NCBI GenBank assembly: GCA_963575745.1
Contig: CAUYUJ010000252.1
Coordinates: forward strand, 62,001 to 116,295
Direction: 5' to 3'
Source: Prorocentrum cordatum
Lineage: Eukaryota
DNA: 54,295 nucleotides
Part shown: one piece after another, positions 39,270-51,875 of the stretch
How the letters are laid out: each line of letters begins with the position of its first letter
How positions within the stretch are numbered: position 1 is the stretch's first letter
Position numbers and translations under genes: made by a program
Notes under the pieces: generated by a model
The model's input: the letters and a program-made list of their open reading frames with translations, nothing else
Database searches by the model: none
Told to the model about the DNA's origin: nothing

Positions 39270-39900
39270 ATGGGCCAGTGTTGCTGGCGTCTTCGTCATT
39301 GTATGCGGTTGTAGACTTGTGTTCGAGAGTTTGATGGGATCGACTTCTCCCCTCGCAAGTGTCTGACAACATGTACCAGAGTTTCTTCGGGTATCCGATC
39401 GGTTCGCGCATCTCCTAGTACTGGGGCGCTATTCGCGCCAATCGTGGAGGCATTCTTCAAGCCTGGAAGAGAAATGAACTCAACCAGCTCGCCGATCACC
39501 TGGTCAATGTAACGATGGACTTGCAGCAGTCGCGGCAGCATATTGACCCATGGGATCCGGGTTTCAAGCTGGAGGGCGCAAGGGTGGAGATTCAATGCGA
39601 TAGTGGGCGGAGGGGATTTGCCTGCTCAGCGTCCGCCTGGTTGATGGAATCGCATTGGTATAAGCATTGGGGTCGCATTGCTATAGGTGTTGCAATGAAC
39701 CACTTTGGGTTTAGAATGGGGCTCTGTTTGTTGGCATCTCCTTAGATCTAGGTTGGGGACCCTATTTGTGGCCGAGCTTCACTATGACTAGAAAGCTGAT
39801 ATCGTCCCTAGTTGGCATGATGCTATAGCAACATTGTGCAGTCTCCTCATTAGCCGCCGAGCTGATGACAGTTTGAGCGAGATCGGTATTTCTTGCTACA
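39270..39900 (+). pseudogene. Degraded retroelement relic with tandem RNase H-like segments
   Basis: WKRNELNQLADHLVNVTMD (RNase H C-terminal motif, from 39464), then in frame VEIQCDSGRRG...SASAW (RNase H N-terminal motif) and later SSLAAEL. Confidence 0.5.
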
Positions 39901-40474
39901 GGCATGCGGCTCGAGGGCTCGGTCAGCTGATAGCTCATGCACAAGGCTGCGCGGAAGGACGGAAAGGGCAGGAGCCAGAGTACGCCTTCAAGCCATGACT
40001 TGCTTTCCGAGCTCCAGTTGCACTGTCGGCGTCTTCTGTCCCAGTGGGCGCTCCTGGCGAGTGCCAGGGCTTTGGAGGTGAAGACGTATCGGATTGAGTT
40101 GTCTCCACGAGCGCTTCGCACGCTGGATACGATATGACATGCCCTCTTGGATGTGCGGGCTGACACCAACATCGAATCATTGCTCCTCTTTCCTCCATGC
40201 TGCCTCCTCCTCCTCTATTCTCCTCCAGAGCTTCCGGAAACTACCAGGACTTTCCAGAGAGCGGTGGAACATCCTTGACCCTCTGAAGAGTTCTGATTTG
40301 GAAGTTCGCAGAAGTTTCTTTCTCCTTTCCCCCCATCCCCCCCCCTGCTGCGCTTTTCCTATGGATCGGACCTCGTTGCCAAGCAGTTTTGGGCGTGTGT
40401 GTCGACCGTGGCCTCGGCATTCCCGTGGACCCACGCCGGGCAGGTCCACAGGACCACCAGGGCCCCCCCGTCAG

Positions 40475-40611
40475 GTTCGGGCGGTTGAGCTGGACGATAA
40501 GCACGACGATGTACAGCTTCGCAGTGTCGGGCGGCTGAGGTTCTGGTCCCAGCGACGCTCTCTGACTTGGATTGCAAACGTCTACGCGCTGCTCCAGCCT
40601 GCGCGCAAGAG
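40475..40611 (+). CDS. Candidate exon of an unidentified gene
   Basis: ccccgtcAG acceptor, AG|GTGATG donor, open frame VRAVELDDKHDDVQLRSVGRLRFWSQRRSLTWIANVYALLQPARK. The opposite strand is also open. Confidence 0.35.
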
Positions 40612-41508
40612 GTGATGTTGGGATCGTGTCCGAAACATCCTCCCTCCCTCCCTCGCTCGCGGCCTTCCCTCTCCTTCCATCGCTTCCCCTCCCTCCCTCC
40701 CGACCTGCTCCCCCAGAAGGCGCAGTGGGAGCGTGAGAGGCAAGGGCACGGGAGGAGGGCAAGAGGTCGTTTTCTTATCTATCGTTTTGCCGATCGGCGC
40801 GTGCCCTCGCACCCACTCCCCCCCCCTCTATGGAGTAGATCTTAGCTGTTTTTGGCGTCTGTTTTGAACAGGTGCAGTTTTTCGCTTTGAGTTGAGGTCG
40901 GGAGCCAGACACCCCCTCCGCACCCCTTCCACCCAATGTCGAAACACCGGATAAGAAAGCGTCCATCAAAGCGTAGTGGGCAGGGATTTGCCGAGCAGAC
41001 AGCTTCGTAGATAGCCCGCGGTCCAGTCGGGCATCTCTCGCTGGATTCCCCTCTGACACCTAGCACAGGAGCTGGGTAGCCGTGTGGACATGTCCAGCAC
41101 TTTAAGAAGACTGTCGGCAGCACTGCGAAAACGAATTGCACGATTGCTCTGGGCTGCCGTCTACGCACAGGCGCGCTCCTTCGGAGGATGCCCGCCGCAG
41201 ATGCCCATGCTCTGTCGTCGGGTTGCAGCTTGAGTCCGCCCCCAGATCTTGTCTGCACCATATTCTACAGTCATCGCTCCAAATCTTCCCTGCGTTCATT
41301 CCTCGTTCTGCTTCTCCACTTCTCCCTTCTCGTCTTCCTCGTCCTCCACAATATCCTCCTTCTCCTCCTTTTTACCCTTCCTCTCCTTCTACTCCTGCCC
41401 CTCCACGTTTTCTTCTTATCCTTTTCTTTATTGCATTCTCCTCATCCTCATCCTCTTCCTCCTTTACCGTGCCGATCCCCCGAGCGTTCGTATTGCACCC
41501 TGCGCTTT

Positions 41509-41865
41509 TTCCCAACCATCCTGTGGTGTTGGGTCCTCGTTTTGAGGAGACGGTCCCCGCGTTCCTCTTCTCCTCTCCTCCTCTTCCCGCTCCTCCCTCC
41601 TCCCTCTTCAATGCGTTTCACCCACCCAGCACAGCGTTTCGTGGCCCCATAGGGAGCTCCACCGAAGCCCCCAGTGGGACCGCCCGCATGCGTCCGCCAC
41701 CACACAGCCCTTGCTCTCTGCGTTTCACCCACCCAGCACAGCGTTTCGTGGCCCCGTAGGGGGCTCCACCGAAGCCCCCAGTCCCAAAGGGAACCCCACC
41801 GAAAAAGATATTCACAATTGCGGTGTTCACAACTGCACATGGTTGGATCTTTCGCCAGGCTAGTT
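41509..41865 (+). mobile_element. Head-satellite-tail element, copy 2 (~1.5 units)
   Basis: Same head and tail as copy 1; ends ...cgccaggCTAGtt. Confidence 0.65.
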
Positions 41866-42972
41866 TTCCGAATCATCCTGTGGTGTTGGGTCATCGTTTT
41901 GAAGAGACGGTCCCTGCGTTCCTCTCCTCTTCTCATCCTCTTCACCCTCCTCCTCCCTCCTCCCTCTTCAATGCGTTTCACCCACCCAGTACAGCGTTGC
42001 GTGGCCCCATAGGGAGCTCCACCGAAGCCCCCAGTGGCACAGCCCGCATGCGTCCGCCACCACCCAGCACAGCCCTTGGTCCTTGTGTTTCACCCACCCA
42101 GTACTGCGTTTCGTGGCCCCACAAAGGGGGCTCCACCGAAGGTCCCAGTGGCACCGCCCGCATGCGCCCGCCACCACCCAGCACAGCCATTGCTCCTTGC
42201 GTTTTACCCACCCAGTACAGCGCTTCGTGGCCCCATAGGGAAGCTCCACCGAAGGTCCCAGTGGCACCACCCGCATGCGTCCGCCACCGCCCAACACGGC
42301 CCTCGCCCCCTGCGTTTCACCCACCTAGTACAGCGTTGCGTGGCCCCATAAACGGGAGCTCCACGGATGCGTCCGCCACCACGCAGCACGGCCTTTGCTC
42401 CCTGCGTTTCACCCACCCAGTACAGCGCCCCGTGGCCCCATAGGAAGCTCCACCGAAGGTCCCAGTGGCACCGCCTGCATGTGCCCGCCACCACCCAACA
42501 CAGCCCATGCTCCTTGCGTTTCGCCCACCCAGTACAGCGTTGCGCGGCCCCATAAAAGGGAGCTCCACCGAAGCCCCCTGTGGCACCGCCCGCATGCGTC
42601 CACCACGGCCCAGCACAGCCCTTGCTCCTTGCGTTTCGCCCACCCAGTACAGCGTTTCGTGGCCCCATAGGGAGCTCCACCGAAGCCCCCTGTGGCACCG
42701 CCCGCATGCGTCCGCCACCACCCAACACAGCCCTTGCCCCCTGCGTTTCACCCATCCAGTACAGCGTTTCGTGGCCCCATAGGGCGCCCCACGGAAGGTC
42801 CCAGTGGCACCGCCCGCATGCGTCCGCCACCGCCCAACACGGCCTTTGCTCCCTGCGTTTCACCCACCCAATACAGCGCTTCGTGGCCCCATAGTGGGCG
42901 CCACCGAAGAAGAGATTCACACTTGCGGTACTCACAACTGTATATGGTTGGGTCTTTCGCCAGGCTAATTCG
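41866..42972 (+). mobile_element. Head-satellite-tail element, copy 3 (~8 units), head-to-tail with copy 2
   Basis: Head ttccgaatcatcctgtggtgttggg immediately follows the copy 2 tail; same tail ...cgccaggctaatt. Confidence 0.65.
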
Positions 42973-43789
42973 TCCTCTCTGTGTGGCCTTGTTCCTCGCT
43001 GCGGGTCCATCTCCCCATGCGCGCATCCAGGCTGTGTTGAGGCTTCCTTCGGCAAGGGTTCATCCCGCCATCGTCTCCTCTCTCCTCCACCTCCTTCTCC
43101 TCCTCCTCCTCCCCCCTGTCCTCCACATCTTCCTCCTCCTCCTTCCTCCTCCTCCTCCCTCATCTCTCCTCCTCCTCCTCCTCCTCCTCCTCCTCCTCCT
43201 CCTCCTCCTCCCTCATCTCTCCTCCTCCTCCTCCTCCCTTTCGGTCGCGGTCAGCTCGGCACCTCCGTCTCCGCCACATCGTTGCATGACTCCGTCGTGA
43301 AGAGCAGGCCCAGAAAGGAACGGACTCGTAAGCGGCCCACGTGCGAACATGACCAACCACCTTGCAATTGCTCCACGTGGGGGGGCGGGGGGGGGGCGGG
43401 CAGGTCTTCAGCCGCATCGCTGCACAAGCACAGCAGCTCCATGAACGCTTCTTGGCCGTGCAGCAGCGGGGCGTTGCCCCGCTCATAGCAGCGAGTTGAT
43501 GCTCCCGTCGCTGTCATTAACGTCGTTGCTGTCGTTGGCCATGCATCAGTCGGGCATAGTTACCAGGTCGAATGTTTCGGAGTCGCACATCGCAACACGG
43601 TATGCTATGCTTCTGGTTGTCTTGTCGTTCAGTCGCCGGAGGTAAGGTGAGAGTATGAACCAATTGATTGACACGCGGCCCTCTGGCTTTGCATTTTATG
43701 TATCCATCTGCCTGGGGACCCCCCCCCACCGTGCCTGTGCAACAGCGCAGCAGCAATGCGGCCGAGTGTAGGGACAGCGTAATTCCGAC

Positions 43790-44110
43790 GAGTGGTTTGA
43801 AATGAGATTGGCCGTAAACTCAACCTCGTCTTCGACCGCGCGGTAGGAAGGAGGCCGAGTTCTTGCCGCCCCGCTGCAGTTCAGCCATCCGTCTGACCTC
43901 GTCTTCGTCCGCCTGCTACGAAGGCGGCCGAATTCACGCCCCGCTGCAGTTCAATGGTTTGTCTGAACTGAGGAGGGTCGTGATGTCGACCTCGACCTGG
44001 TCCGTGCGGTAGGGGTGGAGGGTGAATTCACGCTCCGCGGCAGTTCAGCGAGTGGTTTGAACTGAGGTGGGTCGTGATCTCGACCTCGCGTTCGCCCGCG
44101 CGGTATGAAG
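43790..44110. repeat. Degenerate tandem repeat (ccgctgcagttca...tctgaactgagg...cgacctcg)
   Basis: Three to four imperfect copies. Confidence 0.65.
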
Positions 44111-44169
44111 GAGGAGGAGGAGGAGGAGGAGGAGGAGAAGGGGGAGGAGGAGGAGGAGAAGCAGGAATG

Positions 44170-46590
44170 CTATGGGAATGCTATGAGAACGGACCTCTGT
44201 CCTACAAACCACAAACCATTAACCCCCAAGGGGTTAATCTGAACTTCCTGAATCCTCTCCTCCCACCGCCCCAACAACATTGGGCGGCTCTCGTCGAAGA
44301 GCCTCCGCTCCTCTCCGAACTCCGCGACTGGCCTGCGCGGCGGGCCTTGTCTCCGCGGGGATGGGCGGTGGTGGAGGGTCGGAGGAGGAGCCCCCAGGCG
44401 CAGCACCCTCGGTACACGACCGACCGACGAGAGACGACACCCTCTCTCCATCGCGCGCCGCCATTGCTTCCACAACGGCTTGTGGGGGCCCCTCTCTCCT
44501 CGGGTACGCACGCTTCCGAATTCTCGCCAAATTCTCTGACCCCTTAGGGGTCAAACCTTCGCAACGCTTCCTGATGTGTCTATCATCAACTGTCGCGAAG
44601 CGACCACACTTACTGCAGGCATGCATAAACCACTTGTCCACGTAAAACATAGCGTGGGTCTCATGAAACTCCAGAGCCCCCGACACGAACCTATGGGGGG
44701 CCTGCTGGACCTCGGGGGGCCGACTTCCCTCAGGGAGGGCCCTGCCTGCGCAAGGGGTGGCCGCAAGCTTGAGCAGCCTGGAGCCTGGCGCCACCTGATC
44801 ACACACGGTGCGCCTCCAGCCCGGGCCAGCCTTCACAATGCTGTGGGCCGACTCTCGGACCGCTCGAGCTTTCAGGTTGGCGGGCAATCGCTTGGCAGCA
44901 GCCTTGCGTTCGCCTTTCGCCTGCACTTCTACATTCGCTGACTCGGCCAGCGCTCTTCTCGCGCGGCGTCGCACGAGACTGGCGATGGCATCTATTCGGT
45001 CCGTCTGCGGATTTTCCCCCACCAGCCCGAACTCCAACGCCAGCTCCGCCCCCTCCCTCGCCCAAATATCCGCCGCTGCGTTGCCTGCCGCAGTCTCTAG
45101 CTGTTGGTCTGTCACCAGCAGCTCAGGGGATTCATCTGCATGAGAGGGTGTCCACTGTACTTCGACAATGGCGGTGTCTGGCCTGAGGCGCCAGGCCTCT
45201 CGGGCCCTGGTCCAGAGGTCTTCATTAGCCCCTGACGGGCTGGGGTTCTCCATTTTTGGCGCCACTTCCGAGCTACCGATAAATGATCAGTGATAAGCAG
45301 GAACGATCCCGAAATCTCCTCTAAGGCCATACAAGAAAGCCTGGATCTCGGAGCGCGGGACGGTCTGGCGGGCTCCGAGCAGGGGGCGAGACAACGCTGC
45401 TTGCAAATCCAGCACACCCTGGGACCATTTCAGGGAACAAATAGCAGACCCGCAGCGTCGTCGCCTGGGGTCATCAGAAAAAAACGCCCCCCCCCGAGCA
45501 GTCGCCGTAGATCTTTAAAATCCCGTCGCTTCCTCGAGAGGCCTCAAAGTCATCCCTCCCACCCAACCTGAGCTCCCGCCCCTCCAGACGCCCTTCCTCG
45601 AAGAGGGGGTGAGTGAGGCGAGTCGGGGAAGGCCACGCAGCCATAAGGCTGGCTCAGCTTCTGCTTGCACTAGTGCTGCAGCTACCAAAGGTTCGCTCTT
45701 ACTAAAATCCTCGTGCTCCTTGTTACCAGAACATTCCCAAATCCTGTGCCTCAAGGTTTCGGGGGCGGCTTACATCTCGGGCACTCGACCGGGACTTGAT
45801 ATCCTTTTTCTCTGCTACGGACTCGCGGCCACTGGCCGCCAGCGACCACCGTCACGTTGAGCGCCAGCTGGTCGAGCATACCCTTGCGCTCGAACCGCCG
45901 CTGCTCCATGACGATGGGCCACAGATCGCCGCCCTCCTGCAGGTTGACGCCGCACTCGTGCTGGCGGCCTCCGTCCACAGATCTCTCCTCAGGTCGCCCT
46001 CCAAGTCGTCTAGCAGTTCCTGGAAGCAACCCGTGTCGACAAAGGTGCCGTCCTCGGAGGTCGGCAGCTCCCACATCTCCATCTCATCCATTCCAGGGCG
46101 ATGCCACCGTGTCGCTGTCGTGGGCGTCCATCCTGCATCCATCAGTGTGGCAATGAGAGCACCTGTAGGTCCACGTGCAGCTCGCCATCGCTTCGCCCCC
46201 AACCGAAGTAACCTTGATTTAATGGCATGCCACGCCTTAGCAACTCGACGATGAATGTGTGGGAGCCTCTGCCACATACCAATCCATTCACGTACCACGC
46301 CCAAACGAATATCCACGGCAGGGTCGCGAAGTCCCAACTCCATGCCCAGCGTGGTCGTGAGACAGCGTCCTCCTGCACTACCTCCTGCCACTTTGCCAGC
46401 CTGGCGACGAAGTTGTGTGATCTCCTGCTTGGACATTCCACAGGTCTGCTGCCCGTAGATCGCTTGTGGCAGCGCCCCCGCATTGTAGAGGCCTTTGGAC
46501 TCCTTCTTCAGCGCAGCGTTTCTCCTAAGCTTGACAATCCTGGCGAACCTCTTACGCGCCTAGTCTTGTCTGTGCTTACTCTTCGTCGTA
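44170..46590 (-). mobile_element. 5'-truncated, frameshifted non-LTR retrotransposon (LINE) ORF2 3' part with zinc finger and RNase H
   Basis: Minus-strand pieces: post-RT LPQAIYGQQTCG; CPRC...ETLRHRIWEC (zf-RVT-like, ~45730-45790); RNase H motifs IYGDCSG, QTVPRSE, ITDH, NEDLW, VQWTPSH, GNAAADIWAREGA (~45050-45515); C-terminal CSKC. The RT core (YxDD) was not seen. Confidence 0.85.
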
Positions 46591-48358
46591 ACCTCTTGAG
46601 GCCCTCTGGTTGGGGCCTCCTGGGAGCCTCCTGAGGGCCTCTTGGCGGCCTCTTGGGGGCCTCCTGGGTCATCTCGGGGCCTTCGTGGGGTCTCCTGGGC
46701 GGTCTTAGACTCTGTCTGACGCCTTCGGGGGCCGTCTTGGGGGCTTCCCTTGGCGGTCTTGGTGCCCTCTTGGAGCGTCTTGGGGCCATCTTTGGACCCT
46801 CTTGGGAGGCTCTTGGGCGGTCTTGGGGTCCTCTTGGGCCGACTCGGGGCCCTCGAGGGGAGGCGGAGCTATCTTTGCGCCGTGTTGGGCCACCTGGAGC
46901 CGTTTTGGTATCGTCTTGGTTGTCTGAGAAGCCTCCTGGAGGCCATATTGGCCGCTTGGAGGCCAAAAATACTGACGGAGAGCAATTTCAGGGAGGCCGA
47001 TCTCAGGACCACGTGCGCGTCGAGAGGAGGGGTCGGCCCCGGAAAGCTACAGAAACCTCCCAGACAACAGCAAGCATTCTAATACGCCCATTGGTCACAC
47101 GGCCCAGTGGCAGATAACCTCAACACCTTCAGAAGCTCATCGAGGTCACGCTGCAGTCGGCGTGGCCAGTGTGCTGGACGATGCACCAAAAGATACTGTG
47201 TACGCGTCTCGACTGTGGCAATCCTGAGGCGTCTCCAGGCTTATTATTTGTCTCGCCCAGGCATGTGAGACAGGCAACATCTTTGGGATATTGGCACGGT
47301 TTCCGTATTTGCGGTGTCAGACATTGGGTCCCTTTCTCGAGGGGACGTTGGTTTGCCACCAGGTGAGCAGTCGGTCGCAATAGAAGTTTCAGGTTTTCGG
47401 CGCTACGAACATTCGCGTCGAGCAGATCGTACTGAATCGAAGCAGGCCTTCTCAATATGTTCCCATGCCTGGCAGGACGTGGCTGGCCCGTGGTAGGCCA
47501 CATGAGGGTTTTGGGTATTGTTGCATGCTTATCCTTCTCCTGTCTTCTGCGCAGATGAAAGGGGAGCGTCGACCCGCTGAGTTTCACTTAGTACGCCCAA
47601 CCTGACTTGAAGGCTTCGTGAACCGTCATTACGACAGGAATTTGAGCAGGCAGCCGACAGTATTGCGGCCGCCACGTGGTATTACCAGGCAGCGCAGTTC
47701 AGAATGCGTGTCTTTGCGAGCGCAAGCAGAGGAGGCGAATACGCCGTCTCACGTGGCTGATCGTGCCGTAGCATGTTGCCAATCACACACGCGGGATCCT
47801 TCGCAGTCGTTGATAGTTCGGTTGTGTCCTGCCCGCAATGCCGAAATCAACAACAACTTCGTGTGGCGTCGGTGGGTGCATTTGACCACCCCTGTGCCGT
47901 TTGTGAACACAGATCCGCCGTGGGTGTGTTACGTCGAGCTCTTACGACATTCACCCCCCCCTGTTCTTGAACGCCGTGGACAGCGATTTGACCCGCGAGT
48001 GAGTATCACACTTTGCGGGCGAAAGGCTGTTAAGATTCTTCAGCTGAAAGGAGGGGTTGACTATCCGCCACTGGGAAGCATGCTATGCCGCATTTCCCAG
48101 CGGCCTCTCAAGCTGTGGGCATCTTCCCCAGCGGTGGCCTCCATTTAGCTCGAGGCGCACCTCTGTGGGGATTCCCGTCCTGGTGAGGAGGAGGTGGAGG
48201 AGGAGGAGGAGGAGGAGGAGGAGGAGGATGGTGTTCGATCATCGCGCGTCGGCGCGGGTGGCCTGCCATTTCACCGCCATGCTTGGATTGACAGTGTCCC
48301 AGGCTGAACACAGAACATCGGGAGCAGCAGTTTTCGGATTCTCCTTCCGAGGCGGGAG

Positions 48359-48359
<1 letters not shown>

Positions 48360-48403
<44 letters not shown>

Positions 48404-48570
48404 GTGTGTATATATATATATATGACCACCGCCTGGAGGATCAATTTTTGGGGACCTCGGCAGGCGGTGGATATGGATATATGCGAGCCCCCAGGGGGCC
48501 ACCCATGTATCCATATCCACCGCCCGCTGGGGCACCAGGATGTCGGTTCCCAGGTGGTGGATATGGATAA
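48360..48570. repeat. (TA)n followed by alternating inverted ggcggtggatatggata motifs
   Basis: Perfect 17-bp IR 48463-48479 / 48508-48524; further copies at 48551-48569 and (partial) 48421-48435. Confidence 0.8.
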
Positions 48571-50134
48571 ATCCCCGCTTCGCACTCCTGGACGCGACCA
48601 GCAGTACAATGGTTGAGCCTTCATATAGAAGCCCCAAGTGAAGCATCCCTGATGAGACCGCCAAGGGACGGTCATTCATGCCGCAACCTGACCGACGGTC
48701 TAGAATCTTAGCGAACGCTTTGCAACGGCAGCGCATCAGTTTTCTGTCTGTGACGAGCTGTTGCTTGCTGGTCAATGTCGTCCGACACCTCCTCTTTCTC
48801 TCTCTCCTTCCTCTTCTTCGATCCTGTCTATTCCGCGTGGGCCCTAGCCGAAGCTGAGGCCTTGGCGGGCGACGAGAGTCGGCCGATACCAGAGAGCGAC
48901 ATGGAGTCATTCGTGTCGGAATTGGAGAGCTTCTTGTCAGCTCAGGAAGATCGGGGGTGGGGTTCAGAATGCGTGAGGGCGGTCATACAGGTAAGCAGAG
49001 GCGAAACAGAAAGCCATGCATTGCGCCATGATCGAAGATTCATACGGCGAACCACCGTCGCTCCCTGCAGGTTGGAATCGACTGCGTTGCCAGTCGTTGG
49101 GCCACAGTCTGGCCAAGATGTTGGACGATGTGTTCCCCCATCCGTGGTGGACGCCCTGGGGAGAACACATCCGGAAGAAAGCGAGGGAGGAGGAGGAGGA
49201 TGAGGAGGAGGAGGAGGAGGCCTGGCCCTCTCGGGGCCTCCTCGGGTCTCCACGTGGCCGGCCGGGTGCGCCCGACGACCATCGGGAGCCTGTCCACCAT
49301 CGTGCCTGGGTCTTGAACAGGTGGCCTGTCAGAGGCCTCTTGGGGGAGGCTTGGAAGTCTCTTGGGTGCCTCTCGGGGCCTCTTGGAGGTCTTTTGGGGC
49401 CTCTTGGAGCCTCTTGGGAGCCTCTGGGGGACATCTGGGGCCTCCTGTGGGCCTCTTGGGGGTCTGCTGGCGATCCTGGGGGCCGTCCCTGGGGGTGGGG
49501 TGGGGGGGGGGCGCTCGAAACGCCAGCTCGAGTCCCCCTCTTGGCTCCGTCCTGGGGGCCTGATGGCCTCGTGGGCCGTCTCGGGGCGATCCTGGGGGTC
49601 TCTCGGGCCGGGCCGTCCTGGACGCTCCCTGTGCGACGGAAGCGGCGAGCGTGCGAAAGCCACAGAGACACGCAGGGTGCACCCGTGGCTTTGGCCTCGT
49701 GGGCCGCCCGGCAGGGCCTCCGCGCGCCCTGCGGCCCCCGAGGGGCCGGGCCGGACGCGCGCCGACAACCCGCCCGCGCGCGCGAGGCGCCGACAGAGAG
49801 GCGCGCGGGCGTCCCCGAGAGCGCCGCGGAGGCGCCCGAGGGCGCCCAGGAGGTCCGGGAGTCCAGGGCCTGGGCTCGTATTAGCTCTGGTAGAGGGAGG
49901 GAGTAAAACAGGGCTAGGATCGGGATAAATCGCTCCAAAGCGTTCCGGAGCGCTCTCAGAGCGTTCTGGAACGTTCTGGAGCGGCCGCGGCGCCCAATAC
50001 ATCCTCCAAACCCGCCGATTCTCAGAGATTTCGAGTTATCCCGATCCGATTTTGTCCCGATCTTCGCGTCGTTTTACCCGAGGGCGCCCACTAGGTCCGG
50101 GATTCCAGGGCCTGGGCTCGTGTTAGCTCCGGTG

Positions 50135-50175
<41 letters not shown>

Positions 50176-50186
50176 GAGAGAGAGAG

Positions 50187-50226
<40 letters not shown>

Positions 50227-50975
50227 GGAGAGAGAGAGAGCTCGCAGGGGCTCGAGGATGTTCCTCTTCGTGGCTGAATCCCCGGTGGCGGAGTTTGCAC
50301 AGGGGGGGCCCTGCGTCCCGAGGGGGGCCCTCCCCTCCCCACCATGCGGGTCTGTAGCCAAGGGGGTCCATCGCGGGTTTCAGAAGCGGTTGCTCGTCAG
50401 CAGGTTCTGGAGCGATGAGGGCATGGCGATGAAGGCGGCGGCGGAGAGTAAGTGCTCGCTTTCCTGCTCGCCCATCGTGGTCTTCGTTTGCCTGGTGGTT
50501 CCCCATGGCCTTTGCGACCCTCATGAGCCCTTGGGTCCCTGGTGGCCCTTGCGTATGCGGTGGCCTTCCAAGGGGAGATTCGGTGGCTCGTGCCCCGTGA
50601 CGCTGTTGCTCCTCGTGCCCCCCCAGTGCCCTCGGGGGTGGGCTGGCCTGCGGCGTGAGCTTGCTCGGTGGCTCGTGGTCCGTGGCCTTCGCGTGCGGGA
50701 GTGGCCTTCGAAGGTGGACTCGGTGATCGGCGTTTGCAGGCGATGTTCCTCCCCCCCTCCCCCGATTTTTCGGCGAAAAATGAAGCTGCTCAGAGAACGA
50801 GGGAAATCCTGGGATGCACTCCCGAGGGGCTATTCGCACGCACCCCTATCGATGATGGACGCCCCCTCCTCGTACATCTCAGGGCGGGGCCCCAAATCTC
50901 AGGTGGTCCGTTCGAGAAACCTCCCAGAGCCTGGGATAAGGGTTGTCATATCCCCTGCTATGTGTCCAGGGGCCC

Positions 50976-50997
50976 GTAGTAGTAGTAGTAGTCGTAA

Positions 50998-51072
<75 letters not shown>

Positions 51073-51084
51073 GAGTAGGAGTAG

Positions 51085-51126
<42 letters not shown>

Positions 51127-51152
51127 AAAATGTAGTAGTCGTAGTCGTAGTC

Positions 51153-51186
<34 letters not shown>

Positions 51187-51398
51187 GGTTAGTAGTAGTC
51201 ATTAGTAGTAGTAGTAGTAGTCGTAGTCGTAGTCGTAGTAGATCAGTCGTAGTAGTAGTGTAGTAGAGTAGTAGTAGTAGAGTAGTAGTAGTAGTAGTAG
51301 TCGAGTCGTAGTAGTAGTAGTAGTAGTAGTAGAAGTAGTAGTAGTAGTAGGAGTAGTAGGAGTAGTAGTAGTAGTAGTAGTTGTAGTAGTAGGAGTAC

Positions 51399-51438
<40 letters not shown>

Positions 51439-51439
51439 C

Positions 51440-51479
<40 letters not shown>

Positions 51480-51514
51480 CAGTAGTAGTAGTAGTAGTAG
51501 TAGTTAGTAGTAGA

Positions 51515-51559
<45 letters not shown>

Positions 51560-51840
51560 TGTAGTAGTAGTAGTGTAATCGTAGTAGTTACTAGTAGTAC
51601 TAGATAGATACTTAGTAGTACTAGGAGTACTAGTAGTCCTAGTAAGTAGTAGGGTACTAGTAGTAGCACGTAGTAGTAGTCTAGTACAGTACTAGTACTA
51701 GTACTAAGGACTAGTAGTAGTAGTAGTAGTAGTAGTAGTCGCAGTAGTAGTAGTAAGTAGTAGTTGTCGTAGTAGTTCGTAGTAGTAGTAGTAGTAGTAG
51801 TTAGTAGTAGTAGTAGTAGTATCAGGTTAGCAGCAGAGCT

Positions 51841-51875
<35 letters not shown>

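Noticed and set aside
30621..40598. Minus-strand gene joining ...YIVVLIVQLNRPNLT to VADVLAKMP
   Set aside because: Needs a GG donor, and both segments have better splice sites on the + strand.
37590..42900. CRISPR-like appearance of regularly spaced repeats
   Set aside because: Whole ~113-bp units repeat with no unique spacers, no cas genes, eukaryotic context.
47130..48150. Non-repetitive island with several ORFs
   Set aside because: No recognisable domain in any frame I read; probably a decayed element.
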